Source: a virus
Direction: 5' to 3' (one strand)
Virus record (IMG/VR): IMGVR_UViG_3300018839_000003
Coordinates: 1 to 39,289 of that record
DNA: 39,289 nucleotides
The position numbers and the translations under genes are program-made. The stretch's first letter is position 1, and every line of letters begins with the position of its first letter. This document shows positions 1-9,388 of the stretch, one piece after another. The notes under the pieces were generated by a model, which saw nothing but the letters and a program-made list of their open reading frames with translations, ran no database searches and had not been told where the DNA came from.

Positions 1-127
1 GCTTCCTTGCGATCCACAAAATAATGCGCTGAGGCAAAACGTTTGTCCGCAATACATGTGCCATTGAAATAATTTCGCTCATTCAGGGCCGACGCGCCGG
101 GCGTGGCCGTCCAGTGCATGACAATAC
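1..127. repeat. Terminal overlap; bases 1-127 are identical to 39163-39289 (circular assembly overlap, unique length 39162 bp)
   Basis: Direct comparison of both ends. The sequence reads through the junction inside one continuous ORF. Confidence 0.95.
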
Positions 128-203
128 CCTTAACCCCTGATAATTTCAATCCCGGACGAGTATACCGGTTAACCTTAACATAGTTTTTTACGACTTTGAC
201 CAT
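1..203 (-). CDS. Endolysin (N-acetylmuramoyl-L-alanine amidase), 5' part; the ORF continues across the circular junction into 39162..38538
   Basis: Minus-strand ATG at 203-201 gives MVKVVKNYVKVNRYTRPGLKLSGVKGIV. This is in frame (84 nt) with MHWTATPG... of track ORF 38538..39281. Full length is 275 aa. Confidence 0.85.
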   Translation of the reverse strand, partial: MVKVVKNYVKVNRYTRPGLKLSGVKGIVMHWTATPGASALNERNYFNGTCIADKRFASAHYFVDRKE

Positions 204-220
204 GCTTGATCAATCCTTTC

Positions 221-637
221 TCACTTCTGGTTTTTTTCGTCTTCGTCTTTCATCTGCTCGAAACGATCGACAAGGAATTTTGGAACTGCGACGCCCAGGC
301 GTCCAAGGTTTTCAATGAAGGAAATGCCCTCCATGCCAATCAAAAACATGATCATGGAATACCGCGCGAACTGGCTGTCATTGCCGAGAATGATATCAAC
401 TTGATTAGCTACAATGATTAGGGATAGCATGGCACCCTTTTTCAAGAGGCCGCTAAACGCCGTTTTGGATGAAACGTTTTTATCCTGCCAAGCTGCAGCA
501 ACCCCCGTTAAATAATCAACAGTCATAATGATGATGAACGCAGTTAACAAATGATCAAGACCTCCAAACAAATAGGCTAAAATGCCAGTGCTGCCCCCAG
601 CGAATGAGGCGTAAAGGGTATCAGTGTTTTGTCTCAT
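221..637 (-). CDS. Holin (TcdE / phage_holin_4-like, multi-TM)
   Basis: Track ORF 221..661. AAGGAGAG lies 6 nt upstream of the internal ATG at 637 (MRQNTD...). Hydrophobic helices and a charged C-tail. Sits immediately upstream of the endolysin. Confidence 0.8.
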   Translation of the reverse strand: MRQNTDTLYASFAGGSTGILAYLFGGLDHLLTAFIIIMTVDYLTGVAAAWQDKNVSSKTAFSGLLKKGAMLSLIIVANQVDIILGNDSQFARYSMIMFLIGMEGISFIENLGRLGVAVPKFLVDRFEQMKDEDEKNQK

Positions 638-675
638 GATTTTCTCTCCTTTTTTGATCAAAATAAAAAAGCCGC

Positions 676-897
676 TTATTTCGCCGCTTTCGGTTGATTT
701 TGATTAAGTTGTTGCTGTAATTCCTTTAGCTGTAGTGTTAAATCTTCAACTTCCTTAGCCTTCAAGGTATACATAGCTTTATATCGGGTTAAATCATAGT
801 TCGCCTTTTGCAATTCGTCATTAAACGCCTTTGTTTGATAAATGAAAATTTCTCGGTCTGCCTGTAATTGCTCTTTTGTCATTTCTTCGACTTTCAT
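676..897 (-). CDS. Small coiled-coil protein of the lysis / tail-end cluster, function unknown
   Basis: Track ORF, 73 aa with heptad-like charged sequence. Packed between the XkdX-like ORF and the holin. Confidence 0.6.
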   Translation of the reverse strand: MKVEEMTKEQLQADREIFIYQTKAFNDELQKANYDLTRYKAMYTLKAKEVEDLTLQLKELQQQLNQNQPKAAK

Positions 898-910
898 TGT
901 TTTTTCCTCC

Positions 911-1096
911 TTATACTTCGTCCGGGAATGCGTCGCCGCGTGGATTCTCCATGATTTCCGCGCGCTCTTCTTCGGTTATCATTCCATTTTCGACATGGAT
1001 GTACAGCTCTTTTGTTGTCACACTTCCGTTTAGCCAGCAGTAATAAAAGTGCCCGTAGTAACGACTTTTACCTTCGAACATATCGACCGCCTCCAT
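911..1096 (-). CDS. XkdX-like small phage protein
   Basis: Track ORF 911..1099. The ATG at 1096 overlaps the stop of the upstream small ORF. Small acidic protein in the usual XkdX position, after the tail fibre genes and before the holin. Confidence 0.55.
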   Translation of the reverse strand: MEAVDMFEGKSRYYGHFYYCWLNGSVTTKELYIHVENGMITEEERAEIMENPRGDAFPDEV

Positions 1097-1245
1097 CACG
1101 ATTGTGTTCCCTCAAGCTTCATTATCAAGTCATTGGCAAGACGCTGAGTGTATACCAACTGTTCCCGCGAAATCTCGGCTTCGGTCTTTGGCCGTCCTGT
1201 CGTTTTGACTTCCTCGTTTTTTACGTTTGGTTCAAGTTGGTTCAT
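1096..1245 (-). CDS. Hypothetical 49-aa protein (MNQLEPNVKNEEVKTTGRPKTEAEISREQLVYTQRLANDLIMKLEGTQS)
   Basis: Hand-translated; below the track size cutoff. Its ATG overlaps the stop of ORF 1232..1627, and its TGA overlaps the next start. Confidence 0.5.
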   Translation of the reverse strand: MNQLEPNVKNEEVKTTGRPKTEAEISREQLVYTQRLANDLIMKLEGTQS

Positions 1246-1627
1246 TGCTATTCCCTTCTTTCTCTGGTGGTTTCACAAGTGGGACTATAAAGCCTTTCTT
1301 TTCTCCGGATGGACTGACCTCGATTCCCATGAAAGTGTGGAGAAGTTTGTCAGTCCCGGAGTATGCTGGTAGAAAAACACCATCGATATATGTTTTATCA
1401 AGATGGTATTTCATGCTTCCGGTGTCCGCGTCTTTCACGATGAACAACTCATACAAGACCGGGAATTCATCGTCTTTATCTAAACTGATAGAAACGGCGT
1501 CAAAATGATGTTTTGTGTCTCCGTCGATCAGGTCAAATTCGCTTATAATGATCCCTGTGTCGGTTTCGGTGATTTCGACTCCGTCCATATATTTGTGATA
1601 GGAATAATCTTTATAATCGATAGCCAT
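1232..1627 (-). CDS. Hypothetical protein downstream of the tail tip gene
   Basis: Track ORF, 131 aa, tightly packed in the tail operon. Confidence 0.6.
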   Translation of the reverse strand: MAIDYKDYSYHKYMDGVEITETDTGIIISEFDLIDGDTKHHFDAVSISLDKDDEFPVLYELFIVKDADTGSMKYHLDKTYIDGVFLPAYSGTDKLLHTFMGIEVSPSGEKKGFIVPLVKPPEKEGNSNEPT

Positions 1628-1644
1628 TTTAAAACCTCACTTTT

Positions 1645-4218
1645 TTACGGTACTTCGTAAAATATACAGACTAATACGCGCATGGTTCTATCACCGACAG
1701 CCGTTGTTGTTCCAGTCCCCCGCACAAATACTTTAAATCCTGTGCTGGACATGGCCTCGATACCCGCCGTACAAGCGTTAGAATAGCCCCCGTATGGTTG
1801 AGCGAATACAGCAAAAATATTCTCCGCTTTATTGGCGTTTTCATCTTGAAAAAAGTATTGCGTGGAACCGTAGGCGGCAGAACCCGAACCTAACGAAACA
1901 TCCACAAAATCTAGCAGTATCATTCCGTTACACTGTAAACCACCATATATATCTGTAAGTTCCTTTTTGATATTTATACCTAAAGCGTGATAATTACCCA
2001 ACCCAGATGAGGTATCTCCTCCGCGTAACATAGTTTTAGCAGGCAAAAGAACTTCATTTCCTAACCGTACTATTTTATCACTATGAAGGGTCATTATGTC
2101 GGTCGAGTTAATATCAGTGTACCCTGTAGTATCTACTTCGAAATGACTGCCGTTTTTGACTATAAATTCCGATTTTGGATTATCCAATGTTGTTTGTAAT
2201 CTTCCGTATTGTTGTTCCCCGTTTTTCAAGCTCATGGTCAATTCGTCATTCGTGTATATTTCGATTGCGGAAAGAGCATTGAAACCGGTTGACGAATTGG
2301 AATTTTGTGCATAAAACTGCATTTTTGAAACGTCTGCCGATGAAAATTCCTTTCCGCCATCAAGCGTTATTTTCCCGTATTCGATTGTTGTCCGGTTTAA
2401 TACTCCATCTAACTTAGGATCATTGTAATTTTGCGTTCCAGTTTCTTGAACGATTTTCCCAGCGCTTATGTTCAAACTCTCATATTGATAATATTGGACT
2501 GTTTGCCAATCGAAATTACGTTTTTGAAAGATCGTATTCGCTTCGATATACGATTCATACTGAGAAGATGGAGAAATCGGTTCTAGCCGTCCCCCTCTAA
2601 TCAATGAACCTTCAATCGTAATCCCCTTGATCGTCCCGGCTGTGATCTTGTCGGCAGACAAGTCTTTGATTAAGGCGTTTGTGATTGATTGTTTTTCAAT
2701 ATGATTTGTACCAATCCTCGTTGTTGCCGCCGAAAATTGTGCCGTGAAATTGCTGGGCGTGCCTCGTGTGTTAACTGAACGAATGCGATAATACCAAACT
2801 TGATCAACGGCAGCTTCATGAATCCAGCCGCCCGACTTACCTCTCCATAAACGGTTAGAAAAATTGACGGTATCAGGCGTGAAATCTTTCACCTGAGAGC
2901 CGTATATTTCATAAGCCGCAATATATGAGAAAGGTTCATAGTTCCAGTCGATAGCAACTTTTTCAAATAGGCCTTTGACAACAACTTTTGTAGGTGTTGG
3001 CGGCTTGGTGTCTGGAAAACTGTTATCATCTACGACTATATCCCGCCCCTGTTCGATTTCTCTTATCTTATCCTCTATCTGATCCAGACGCGTGTCAGGC
3101 TCGTATACGCTCAAGAATTGGCCCATTTCGACCGTTGCCGGGAAAGTCTGGTCTGACACATCATACTCTAAGGCAATCACACGGCCGAAAAATTCGATCG
3201 GATCAGGGATAGTTCGATCAAGAGCAAGACAGGTGTCGCCGAGTTCCACTGTCTCGTTAGTCAGGGCAACCTCAAAAGAATAATTGATCTGTATTTGGGA
3301 TGCTTCATTGACAAGATGATGATATGTTTTTTGAAGTAATTCAACCGGGTCTTTAATGTTTTCGTCTTGCCATTTTCCCTCAACGTTAATAACGCCGTCC
3401 GGTGTCTGTAAGCCGAATTTTTCTTTTGCTGGAGGGTATTCCACCCACTTTTGGCCTTTTGGTTTGTCTACCGGGTCGCCGTTCGCTTTGCTCCAGACAA
3501 CATCGGCGAAATCAATAAAGCGCGAGTCGTTTCCGTTTTCATCCTCGACGCTGCCGCCCCAGCCCCACAGGGCCGAGACCGGATAAGCCATTTCGGTTTC
3601 ATGAATTTCCTCGATGTTATAGCCGACCTCGAACCGAGTGCCGTTATCCGCTCCCCGCCGCTGCACGATGTTAACGACGCGTTCAACAATTTTATTTGTT
3701 TTGGTATCGAATGTGACAGTAAACTTTAATTCTCCGCCCCATGTGTTGATAATGTCCGTAATAGCCTCATACACGCTGATATGATAGAAATTTGTTGAAT
3801 TAATGCCGTTGCTTGCTGTGACATTGGCTTTCCATCGAGTGCCAACTAAGGCGCGTTGCAGCGCATCCAATTGCGTAGTGTTGTATGGACGTATATCATC
3901 GATGATCTTCTCAAGCAATTCCAGTTCGGCCGGCTCGCATTGCGCTATTTTCCCGACTTGATTTTCGCCATTCGCCCGGTCAATCTCCCGAATTTTGAAG
4001 AGACGAAAAAAGCCGTCTTTGTCTTTAAAAACGACCTGGTTCAATCTCGCAACATGTTTGCTGTCTTTATGCGTGGCATCGCATGTAAATTGAAATGTTG
4101 GTGATTTGTTCAGTTCTTCCCTAAATATTGCGTCCCAAAAAACACAGGCATTGTCGGCGTCACTCGACAAGATTGTGAGCAAACTATCATTCTTGTCCAA
4201 AATCCATAAATCTGCCAT
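1645..4218 (-). CDS. Tail-associated (Tal-like) minor structural / receptor-binding protein with an internal FN3 domain
   Basis: 857 aa, directly after Dit. The N-terminus resembles the prophage-tail endopeptidase family. FN3-like segment: PPTPT...WYYRIRSVNTRGTPSNF. AGGCAGGTGA RBS. Confidence 0.8.
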   Translation of the reverse strand: MADLWILDKNDSLLTILSSDADNACVFWDAIFREELNKSPTFQFTCDATHKDSKHVARLNQVVFKDKDGFFRLFKIREIDRANGENQVGKIAQCEPAELELLEKIIDDIRPYNTTQLDALQRALVGTRWKANVTASNGINSTNFYHISVYEAITDIINTWGGELKFTVTFDTKTNKIVERVVNIVQRRGADNGTRFEVGYNIEEIHETEMAYPVSALWGWGGSVEDENGNDSRFIDFADVVWSKANGDPVDKPKGQKWVEYPPAKEKFGLQTPDGVINVEGKWQDENIKDPVELLQKTYHHLVNEASQIQINYSFEVALTNETVELGDTCLALDRTIPDPIEFFGRVIALEYDVSDQTFPATVEMGQFLSVYEPDTRLDQIEDKIREIEQGRDIVVDDNSFPDTKPPTPTKVVVKGLFEKVAIDWNYEPFSYIAAYEIYGSQVKDFTPDTVNFSNRLWRGKSGGWIHEAAVDQVWYYRIRSVNTRGTPSNFTAQFSAATTRIGTNHIEKQSITNALIKDLSADKITAGTIKGITIEGSLIRGGRLEPISPSSQYESYIEANTIFQKRNFDWQTVQYYQYESLNISAGKIVQETGTQNYNDPKLDGVLNRTTIEYGKITLDGGKEFSSADVSKMQFYAQNSNSSTGFNALSAIEIYTNDELTMSLKNGEQQYGRLQTTLDNPKSEFIVKNGSHFEVDTTGYTDINSTDIMTLHSDKIVRLGNEVLLPAKTMLRGGDTSSGLGNYHALGINIKKELTDIYGGLQCNGMILLDFVDVSLGSGSAAYGSTQYFFQDENANKAENIFAVFAQPYGGYSNACTAGIEAMSSTGFKVFVRGTGTTTAVGDRTMRVLVCIFYEVP

Positions 4219-4232
4219 GTGATCACCTGCCT

Positions 4233-5474
4233 TTACAAATATTTGTCCGTGAATTTCAGCGTACTTGGCTGCGTTGCGCTAATTGGTGTATCTTTTTTTG
4301 GTGGTATCTTGAAAAAATCAGATGTGATATGATATGCCGTTTTTTTGTCTTCTCCGTTCAGGGTTGCCGCTCGATTGGCAAAATCTAAAACCAACTTATC
4401 GCCTGCGATAAAATTGAAATTAAGCAGGACGAATGCTTTAACGCTCAAGTCATCATTTAAAAGCTGAACCTCGTATTTGTCAGCCGCTTGCGTGAATGTA
4501 CATTCGATAATAGGGTATGTCGGGGCCGTTCCGTTGCTTTCGATATAGGAAGTCCCGTTCGGAAGCCAAGGCGTTAATTCGTCGCTGAGAGTGACCATAA
4601 ACCCTGTGAATTGCGCTTCAATGACAGTGAAGCCTCCCGCTGTGCTTATAAAAAGAACAAGCTGGTCAATTTCTTCCGTTAGGGTTGATAAGTCAAAATG
4701 AAATGACATTTGCATCCATCCGTTAGTATCACCTGTAAGTTTCTGATCATCTGGAAAATAAACATATGATTTATCACTTTTTTTTCGCGCTCTGAATTGA
4801 AAGACCGCCCCATTTCCGGCGGAACTATCAAAAGCTGAATTTTGAATGTTAACCCAACAAGATGCATAGCCTTGTTTACCTCTCCACCAATCTGGATTAT
4901 CAAAATAATACATAAGAAAAATTCCCGGCTGCTTTATTTTGAATGCTTGTTTGAATTTGACTTCATCGGATGATATAGAAACTACTTCGCCGATATCATT
5001 GGAAGAAAACCAATGTTCTTTCCCTTCCCTGAAATCGCCGTTTTTGATCTGGTTGTTATTCGGGTCTGTCGGGTCATTGATCATATATGACTGTTCCGCC
5101 CCGTATTTGTAAGGGTCGGGGCATACAAAATTGACTGTTCCCTTTCCAAATTTGAAAACCTCAGAAAGCTGCCCCTCCCCGTCTATCATGGCGTAATAGG
5201 TTCGATCTGGTTCGTCCGGTAGAATCAACGGGGCCGGCTTATCAGTGATTAGCCATTCCGCGACCTCTTCTTTTGCCTTTTGCAAGTCAGCAACGCCTTT
5301 AATTATGATTCCAACGGGAATAACACGGGGCTTGACCTTGGTATTTCTGAAAAAAGCACCAGGGCGGCCGGGAATCTCAATTAATTCCCTTTCGACTGGT
5401 GCCCATATCGGCCGTTGTGTCTCGACTGTCGCATGAACAAATTGTTTTGTAACTCCATTAAAAGTGAGAGACAT
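4233..5474 (-). CDS. Distal tail protein (Dit), long 'evolved' form
   Basis: 413 aa, immediately after the tape measure gene. The siphovirus tail-component-like N-terminus MSLTFNGV... overlaps the TMP stop. Confidence 0.75.
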   Translation of the reverse strand: MSLTFNGVTKQFVHATVETQRPIWAPVERELIEIPGRPGAFFRNTKVKPRVIPVGIIIKGVADLQKAKEEVAEWLITDKPAPLILPDEPDRTYYAMIDGEGQLSEVFKFGKGTVNFVCPDPYKYGAEQSYMINDPTDPNNNQIKNGDFREGKEHWFSSNDIGEVVSISSDEVKFKQAFKIKQPGIFLMYYFDNPDWWRGKQGYASCWVNIQNSAFDSSAGNGAVFQFRARKKSDKSYVYFPDDQKLTGDTNGWMQMSFHFDLSTLTEEIDQLVLFISTAGGFTVIEAQFTGFMVTLSDELTPWLPNGTSYIESNGTAPTYPIIECTFTQAADKYEVQLLNDDLSVKAFVLLNFNFIAGDKLVLDFANRAATLNGEDKKTAYHITSDFFKIPPKKDTPISATQPSTLKFTDKYL

Positions 5475-8020
5475 TATTTGTACCTCCGTTTATCCCTGAA
5501 ATCTTGGCGGCGCTGTGCTTTCGTCATGTCTTTGTTTGTTGCTGTGGCGAATTGTCTGCTATTGATATTCATGCTCGTTTGGATAACCGGGATATCAACC
5601 TCGACAGGCTGATTTAAAACGGCGTTCGCAAGGTTCTGAATAGCCATCATAATGCCTGACATGTCTGATTGTGGCGTCTGCATGGATGGGGCTTTAAAGA
5701 TGTTGCTTGTCACCGTCTGTGTATCTGGAAGATCAGGAATAGCAGCACTCGCAATCTTTTCAGAAGCCTTCAAAATGCCTTTTACGCTTTTATCCATACC
5801 GATTTCGAGACCTTCGCCCGTCCACTTACCAAACCGGATCATGACCTTTGAAGGCGATGCGATACGTAAAGCGCTCTTAATCTTGTTTGTCACCCCGTCA
5901 GCGATGCTTTTCGCTTTATTCCATACCGCATTAGCCATTGATCCGATACCCTTGATCAAACCATTGATAATGTCTCGGCCAATGCTGAAAAGGTTGATTC
6001 CCTTGAAAAAGGACATCACTTTATTCCAGATGCTTTTGATCTTGTTTTGAGCTGCGCCCATCTTGCTGCCAACCGAGTTTACAATGCCCTGAAACTTGCT
6101 TTTTACCGTATTCCAGATGCCGCCCAGGATATTTGCGAAAAATCCTTTTATGGCGTTCCAAACGCTGTTGATTTTGTTCCGCGTCGAATTCATAGAATTT
6201 GTAACGGCTGAAACCACGCCTTGAAACTTACTTTTCACAGTGTTCCAGATGCCGCTTAAGATGCTAGAAAAGAAGCTTTTTATTGCATTCCAGACGCGAT
6301 TTATCAAGTTTCGGGCCGAATTCATGGAGCTTGTGATGGATGAGACAATGCCTTTAAACTTACTTGTTACCCAGCCCCATATCTTTCCGAGAGTGCTAGA
6401 AAAGACGCTAGAGATTTTATTCCACATCGATTTGATAGGGCTTAACAGTTTGGCACCTAAGCCGCCAAAGAATTTGAGCAAACGACCTATTCCGAATAGC
6501 TGAACCCATCCCCAAATCAATTCAAGGGCGCCGCTGATGATCTGTTTAGCCCCTTCCCAAACGCCTTTCCAGTCGCCAGTGAAAAGGGCTGAGAAAGTTT
6601 TGACAATCCCCATGATGATATTAATAGCGCCGTTTATGACGTTCTGGATCGCCTGCCATGTGCCGATGACAAGTTCTTTTATAACAGGCCAAAGCGTCTG
6701 CATGATTGTTCCGATTACGGTCATGGCCGTTTGGATAACCGCGGAAATGACATTCCAGACATTTTGCGCCGCCTGCATAATTTGCGAACCATTTTCATTC
6801 CAAAATTGCTGGATCATAGCCATTTTTTCTTGGATGAATGTTTGAATGGCTGTCATGACAGGGGAAATGACATTGTTCATTATCCAGTTCCATGCCGTTT
6901 GCGTGGCCGTTTTTATGTTGTTCCATGCGGTGATGACTGCTTTTTTGAACCAATCGGTTTTAGTCCACAGTAGGTATAATGCGGCGCTGACGCCAGCGAT
7001 CGCAGCCGATACCAGGATGACAGTACCCATCATAGCCCCGAGACCGGTTACTAATGGCCCTATGATCATCCAGACGGCCGAAAATGCAGCACGCCAGCCG
7101 TTTATCAGACCGATACCGATAGACAACGGCGATAAAAGTAATGTCAAAGCCGGCAATAACAAAGTAAATCCGGCTATCACTTTTGATAAGACCGGATGCG
7201 CTTCGTTAAACTTGATGATCAATTCACCAATTTTGGTTATGAAATTATAGACATACGGCATGACGGCCGCGAAAACATCAACTAAAGGTTGAAAAGCTTT
7301 TTGTAATGTCGAGATCATCCGGTTAAACGATTCAGCATATGTTTTATTCTCCATGGCCGCCTTATGGATAGAACCATAAAACATAACAGACGTCGCCGCC
7401 GCTGCTATTGCGACAGATGTATATCTCATCAACCCTTGGTTGATCATTCTTGTCATATCGTTTAATTCTTTCATGTTTGCGTTAGGCCCTAGCATTTTCA
7501 ATGCGAGAACCGCCGCATTCCCTTGACGTGCCATTCTTTCAAGGTTTGATGTAACCCGCAGTAAACCATTATTCACAGTGTACAAAGGGTTTCCCATGCG
7601 CGAGAAATTGGCCGCGATCTTTTCACTTTGTCCGCTGCGCGCAAGCATGGTTCCGACCGTTTGAATAAAGCTCGCTTTCATCATTTGGTTATTTTTCATC
7701 ATTTCTTCGGTGGCTTTTTTGTGTTCCAGGCCGAGTTGATGAACAGCCGCCATAAATTGCTTATTCGTTCCTGTGTAAGTCCCCATACTGCGCGATAGTT
7801 TGAAGAAATTGAATTCAGTTTCTAACAACTGTCGTTTGAATGGAATAAGCGCTGCTCGAGACTCACGAAAAGCCGCTTTCATTTCGGCTGACATGAGTCT
7901 TAGACGCTCATTGTATCGATTGGTGTTAAGGCCATCCAAAGACCTTTGGAGGTTTCGGATTCCGCGATCTGATTGCCTTGTTTCAAAAATCGAATCAATC
8001 ACCACGCGTCCGTCGCTCAT
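5474..8020 (-). CDS. Tail tape measure protein
   Basis: 848 aa. Helical, with a central hydrophobic block and internal tandem repeats. Position after the chaperone genes. Confidence 0.9.
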   Translation of the reverse strand: MSDGRVVIDSIFETRQSDRGIRNLQRSLDGLNTNRYNERLRLMSAEMKAAFRESRAALIPFKRQLLETEFNFFKLSRSMGTYTGTNKQFMAAVHQLGLEHKKATEEMMKNNQMMKASFIQTVGTMLARSGQSEKIAANFSRMGNPLYTVNNGLLRVTSNLERMARQGNAAVLALKMLGPNANMKELNDMTRMINQGLMRYTSVAIAAAATSVMFYGSIHKAAMENKTYAESFNRMISTLQKAFQPLVDVFAAVMPYVYNFITKIGELIIKFNEAHPVLSKVIAGFTLLLPALTLLLSPLSIGIGLINGWRAAFSAVWMIIGPLVTGLGAMMGTVILVSAAIAGVSAALYLLWTKTDWFKKAVITAWNNIKTATQTAWNWIMNNVISPVMTAIQTFIQEKMAMIQQFWNENGSQIMQAAQNVWNVISAVIQTAMTVIGTIMQTLWPVIKELVIGTWQAIQNVINGAINIIMGIVKTFSALFTGDWKGVWEGAKQIISGALELIWGWVQLFGIGRLLKFFGGLGAKLLSPIKSMWNKISSVFSSTLGKIWGWVTSKFKGIVSSITSSMNSARNLINRVWNAIKSFFSSILSGIWNTVKSKFQGVVSAVTNSMNSTRNKINSVWNAIKGFFANILGGIWNTVKSKFQGIVNSVGSKMGAAQNKIKSIWNKVMSFFKGINLFSIGRDIINGLIKGIGSMANAVWNKAKSIADGVTNKIKSALRIASPSKVMIRFGKWTGEGLEIGMDKSVKGILKASEKIASAAIPDLPDTQTVTSNIFKAPSMQTPQSDMSGIMMAIQNLANAVLNQPVEVDIPVIQTSMNINSRQFATATNKDMTKAQRRQDFRDKRRYK
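6005..6385 (-). repeat. Three tandem repeats of about 111 nt (about 37 aa) inside the tape measure gene (approximate bounds)
   Basis: Protein repeats IWNTVKSKFQG(V/I)V..MN..RNKINSVWNAIKGFF appear three times in the translation. Confidence 0.7.
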
Positions 8021-8025
8021 ATATC

Positions 8026-8679
8026 CTACCTCCCTCCGGATTTAATTCTTTTCGAAAACGCGTCAAGCTTTGCATCTAACGCCGCAACCGCAGCCTCTGC
8101 GCTTTTCTGGTTCTTTTTAAGCGCGAATGCATCCTTTAGTTTCTTAATCTTTGCGACCTCATCTTTATTGTCTTTTGTGGCTTTCGGTACTTCCGCTGTC
8201 CGTATTTCGATAATTTCTTTAAATCTGGATTTGCTGCTCAATCCTTTGAATAGCGCTTTGAATTTTCGCCAGTGCATTTTCCCTTGTTGCTCAAGCAAAT
8301 CGATGTTGTAATCAAAGAGGAAGGCCGAGTAAATGTATTCAGCATCTTCCACGAAATCAAAAATAGCCTCGTCCGCTGGCGCTTCTGTTGCTTCACCATC
8401 GGTCGGGGCCTGTTCTTCCTCTTTGTCTTCTGACTCGTTTATGAAATTGTTGAAAACGGTATCCACAAACAAGGTGATGTCATCAAAATCCATTTCGTTT
8501 AAATCTTCTTCATTTTCGGCGAACATTCGCGCAAGCAAAACCCATTTTTCTGGCTTGGTGAAATCATCGTCCTCCAACAGTTCGAACGCGCGCAAAACGA
8601 TATCGAAAGAAAGTGTCAAATTTATTTTTTTGCCTTTGAAAATTATGACATCTGGCTCGAATCGGTCGGTCAGTTTCAT
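8026..8679 (-). CDS. Tail assembly protein (Gp15-like family)
   Basis: 217 aa, acidic, between the chaperone and the TMP. N-terminus MKLTDRFEPDVIIFKGKKINL... is typical of this family (from memory). Confidence 0.6.
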   Translation of the reverse strand: MKLTDRFEPDVIIFKGKKINLTLSFDIVLRAFELLEDDDFTKPEKWVLLARMFAENEEDLNEMDFDDITLFVDTVFNNFINESEDKEEEQAPTDGEATEAPADEAIFDFVEDAEYIYSAFLFDYNIDLLEQQGKMHWRKFKALFKGLSSKSRFKEIIEIRTAEVPKATKDNKDEVAKIKKLKDAFALKKNQKSAEAAVAALDAKLDAFSKRIKSGGR

Positions 8680-8688
8680 GAACGATCA

Positions 8689-9075
8689 CTACTTTTTTAG
8701 GTAATTTGCCGCTTTATCCTCAAGATCGCGAGTAGCCTTTTCGTTCAGGTTCTTGATTACAAATGCCGCGACTTTTTGAACGTTTAGAATTGATTTCCCA
8801 CTAGCTTCATAAACATGATCAAAGCTGCCTTTCCCGAAATACAATTCGATCAGTTCTTTGACTAAAGCAGTCATTTTCTTCTCTGCCTCTTGCAGTTGCT
8901 TTTCTGTTGCTGCCAAGTCGTTAATTTTTTCATAATCTTCATAAGCCTTTTTCATTTTCAGATACACTTTTTCATAGCTTTTTAGGCTCTCGTCGTCGTA
9001 TCTGACTTCAAACACCTTGCCTCCAAGTTCGAAATCCTGTACCGGTTTGTCTAACTCAATTTTGATAACTGCCAT
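8689..9075 (-). CDS. Tail assembly chaperone
   Basis: 128 aa, directly after the major tail gene. TAAGGGGGC RBS. Confidence 0.65.
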   Translation of the reverse strand: MAVIKIELDKPVQDFELGGKVFEVRYDDESLKSYEKVYLKMKKAYEDYEKINDLAATEKQLQEAEKKMTALVKELIELYFGKGSFDHVYEASGKSILNVQKVAAFVIKNLNEKATRDLEDKAANYLKK

Positions 9076-9099
9076 TTGTAAAAGCCCCCTTATAATTTT

Positions 9100-9130
9100 T
9101 CAAAAAGAAAAAGGAGCAAATCTGCTCCTT
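9100..9130 (-). terminator. Intrinsic terminator / attenuator after the major tail protein gene
   Basis: Minus strand AAGGAGCA-gatt-TGCTCCTT followed by TTTCTTTTT. It starts at the stop codon of the FN3 extension. Confidence 0.65.
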
Positions 9131-9384
9131 TATGCTGATGGTTGTGTCCGGGTTGAAATCGCACTCATTGGTGATTCTCCGGCCGAATTTACAGCCGTAA
9201 CATTTACCGTTAAAAGTGTATCCGGCGCGATTTCTGTAAGCGTGCATGTAGGGTCTGTCACTTCTTTATAGAAAACCTTGTCCGCTCCCCTATATACCTT
9301 ATATGATGTCGCCCCTTCTACAGCGTCCCAGGTCACCGTAACTGAATCAGTTGTACTTGTGTACTGTAGATTCTGGGGCGCGCT
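9130..9384 (-). CDS. FN3-domain C-terminal extension of the major tail protein, reached by a +1 frameshift
   Basis: Track ORF 9130..9468 is in the +1 frame relative to 9383..9844. It encodes SAPQNLQY..VTVTWDAVEGATSYKVYR..VNSAGES (FN3-like). It has no RBS or start of its own near the overlap. Confidence 0.65.
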   Translation of the reverse strand, partial: SAPQNLQYTSTTDSVTVTWDAVEGATSYKVYRGADKVFYKEVTDPTCTLTEIAPDTLLTVNVTAVNSAGESPMSAISTRTQPSA

Positions 9385-9388
9385 AGGG
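9383..9388 (-). other. Candidate shifty stop CCC.UAG for the +1 programmed frameshift
   Basis: Minus strand reads ...GTT ACA CCC TAG CGC GCC CCA G. Slipping CCC to CCU puts AGC GCG CCC CAG (SAPQ) in frame. Confidence 0.55.

Noticed and set aside
1-127. The 127-bp terminal direct repeat as a biological feature (DTR or cos-type terminal redundancy)
   Set aside because: It falls in the middle of the endolysin ORF, which is only complete when the ends are joined. Its length is typical of an assembler k-mer overlap on a circular contig. It is best read as an assembly artefact indicating circularity.
5652-7250. Multiple plus-strand track ORFs inside the tape measure gene, and similar antisense ORFs throughout the structural genes
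   Set aside because: They are shadow frames of long, well-supported minus-strand genes. They have no RBS and biased composition.
8679-8691. Canonical -1 frameshift between the two tail assembly chaperone genes
   Set aside because: The second ORF is in the same frame as the first and is separated from it by two stops (TAG TGA). No overlapping minus-strand ORF in another frame exists. I see no slippery heptamer that would be useful here.
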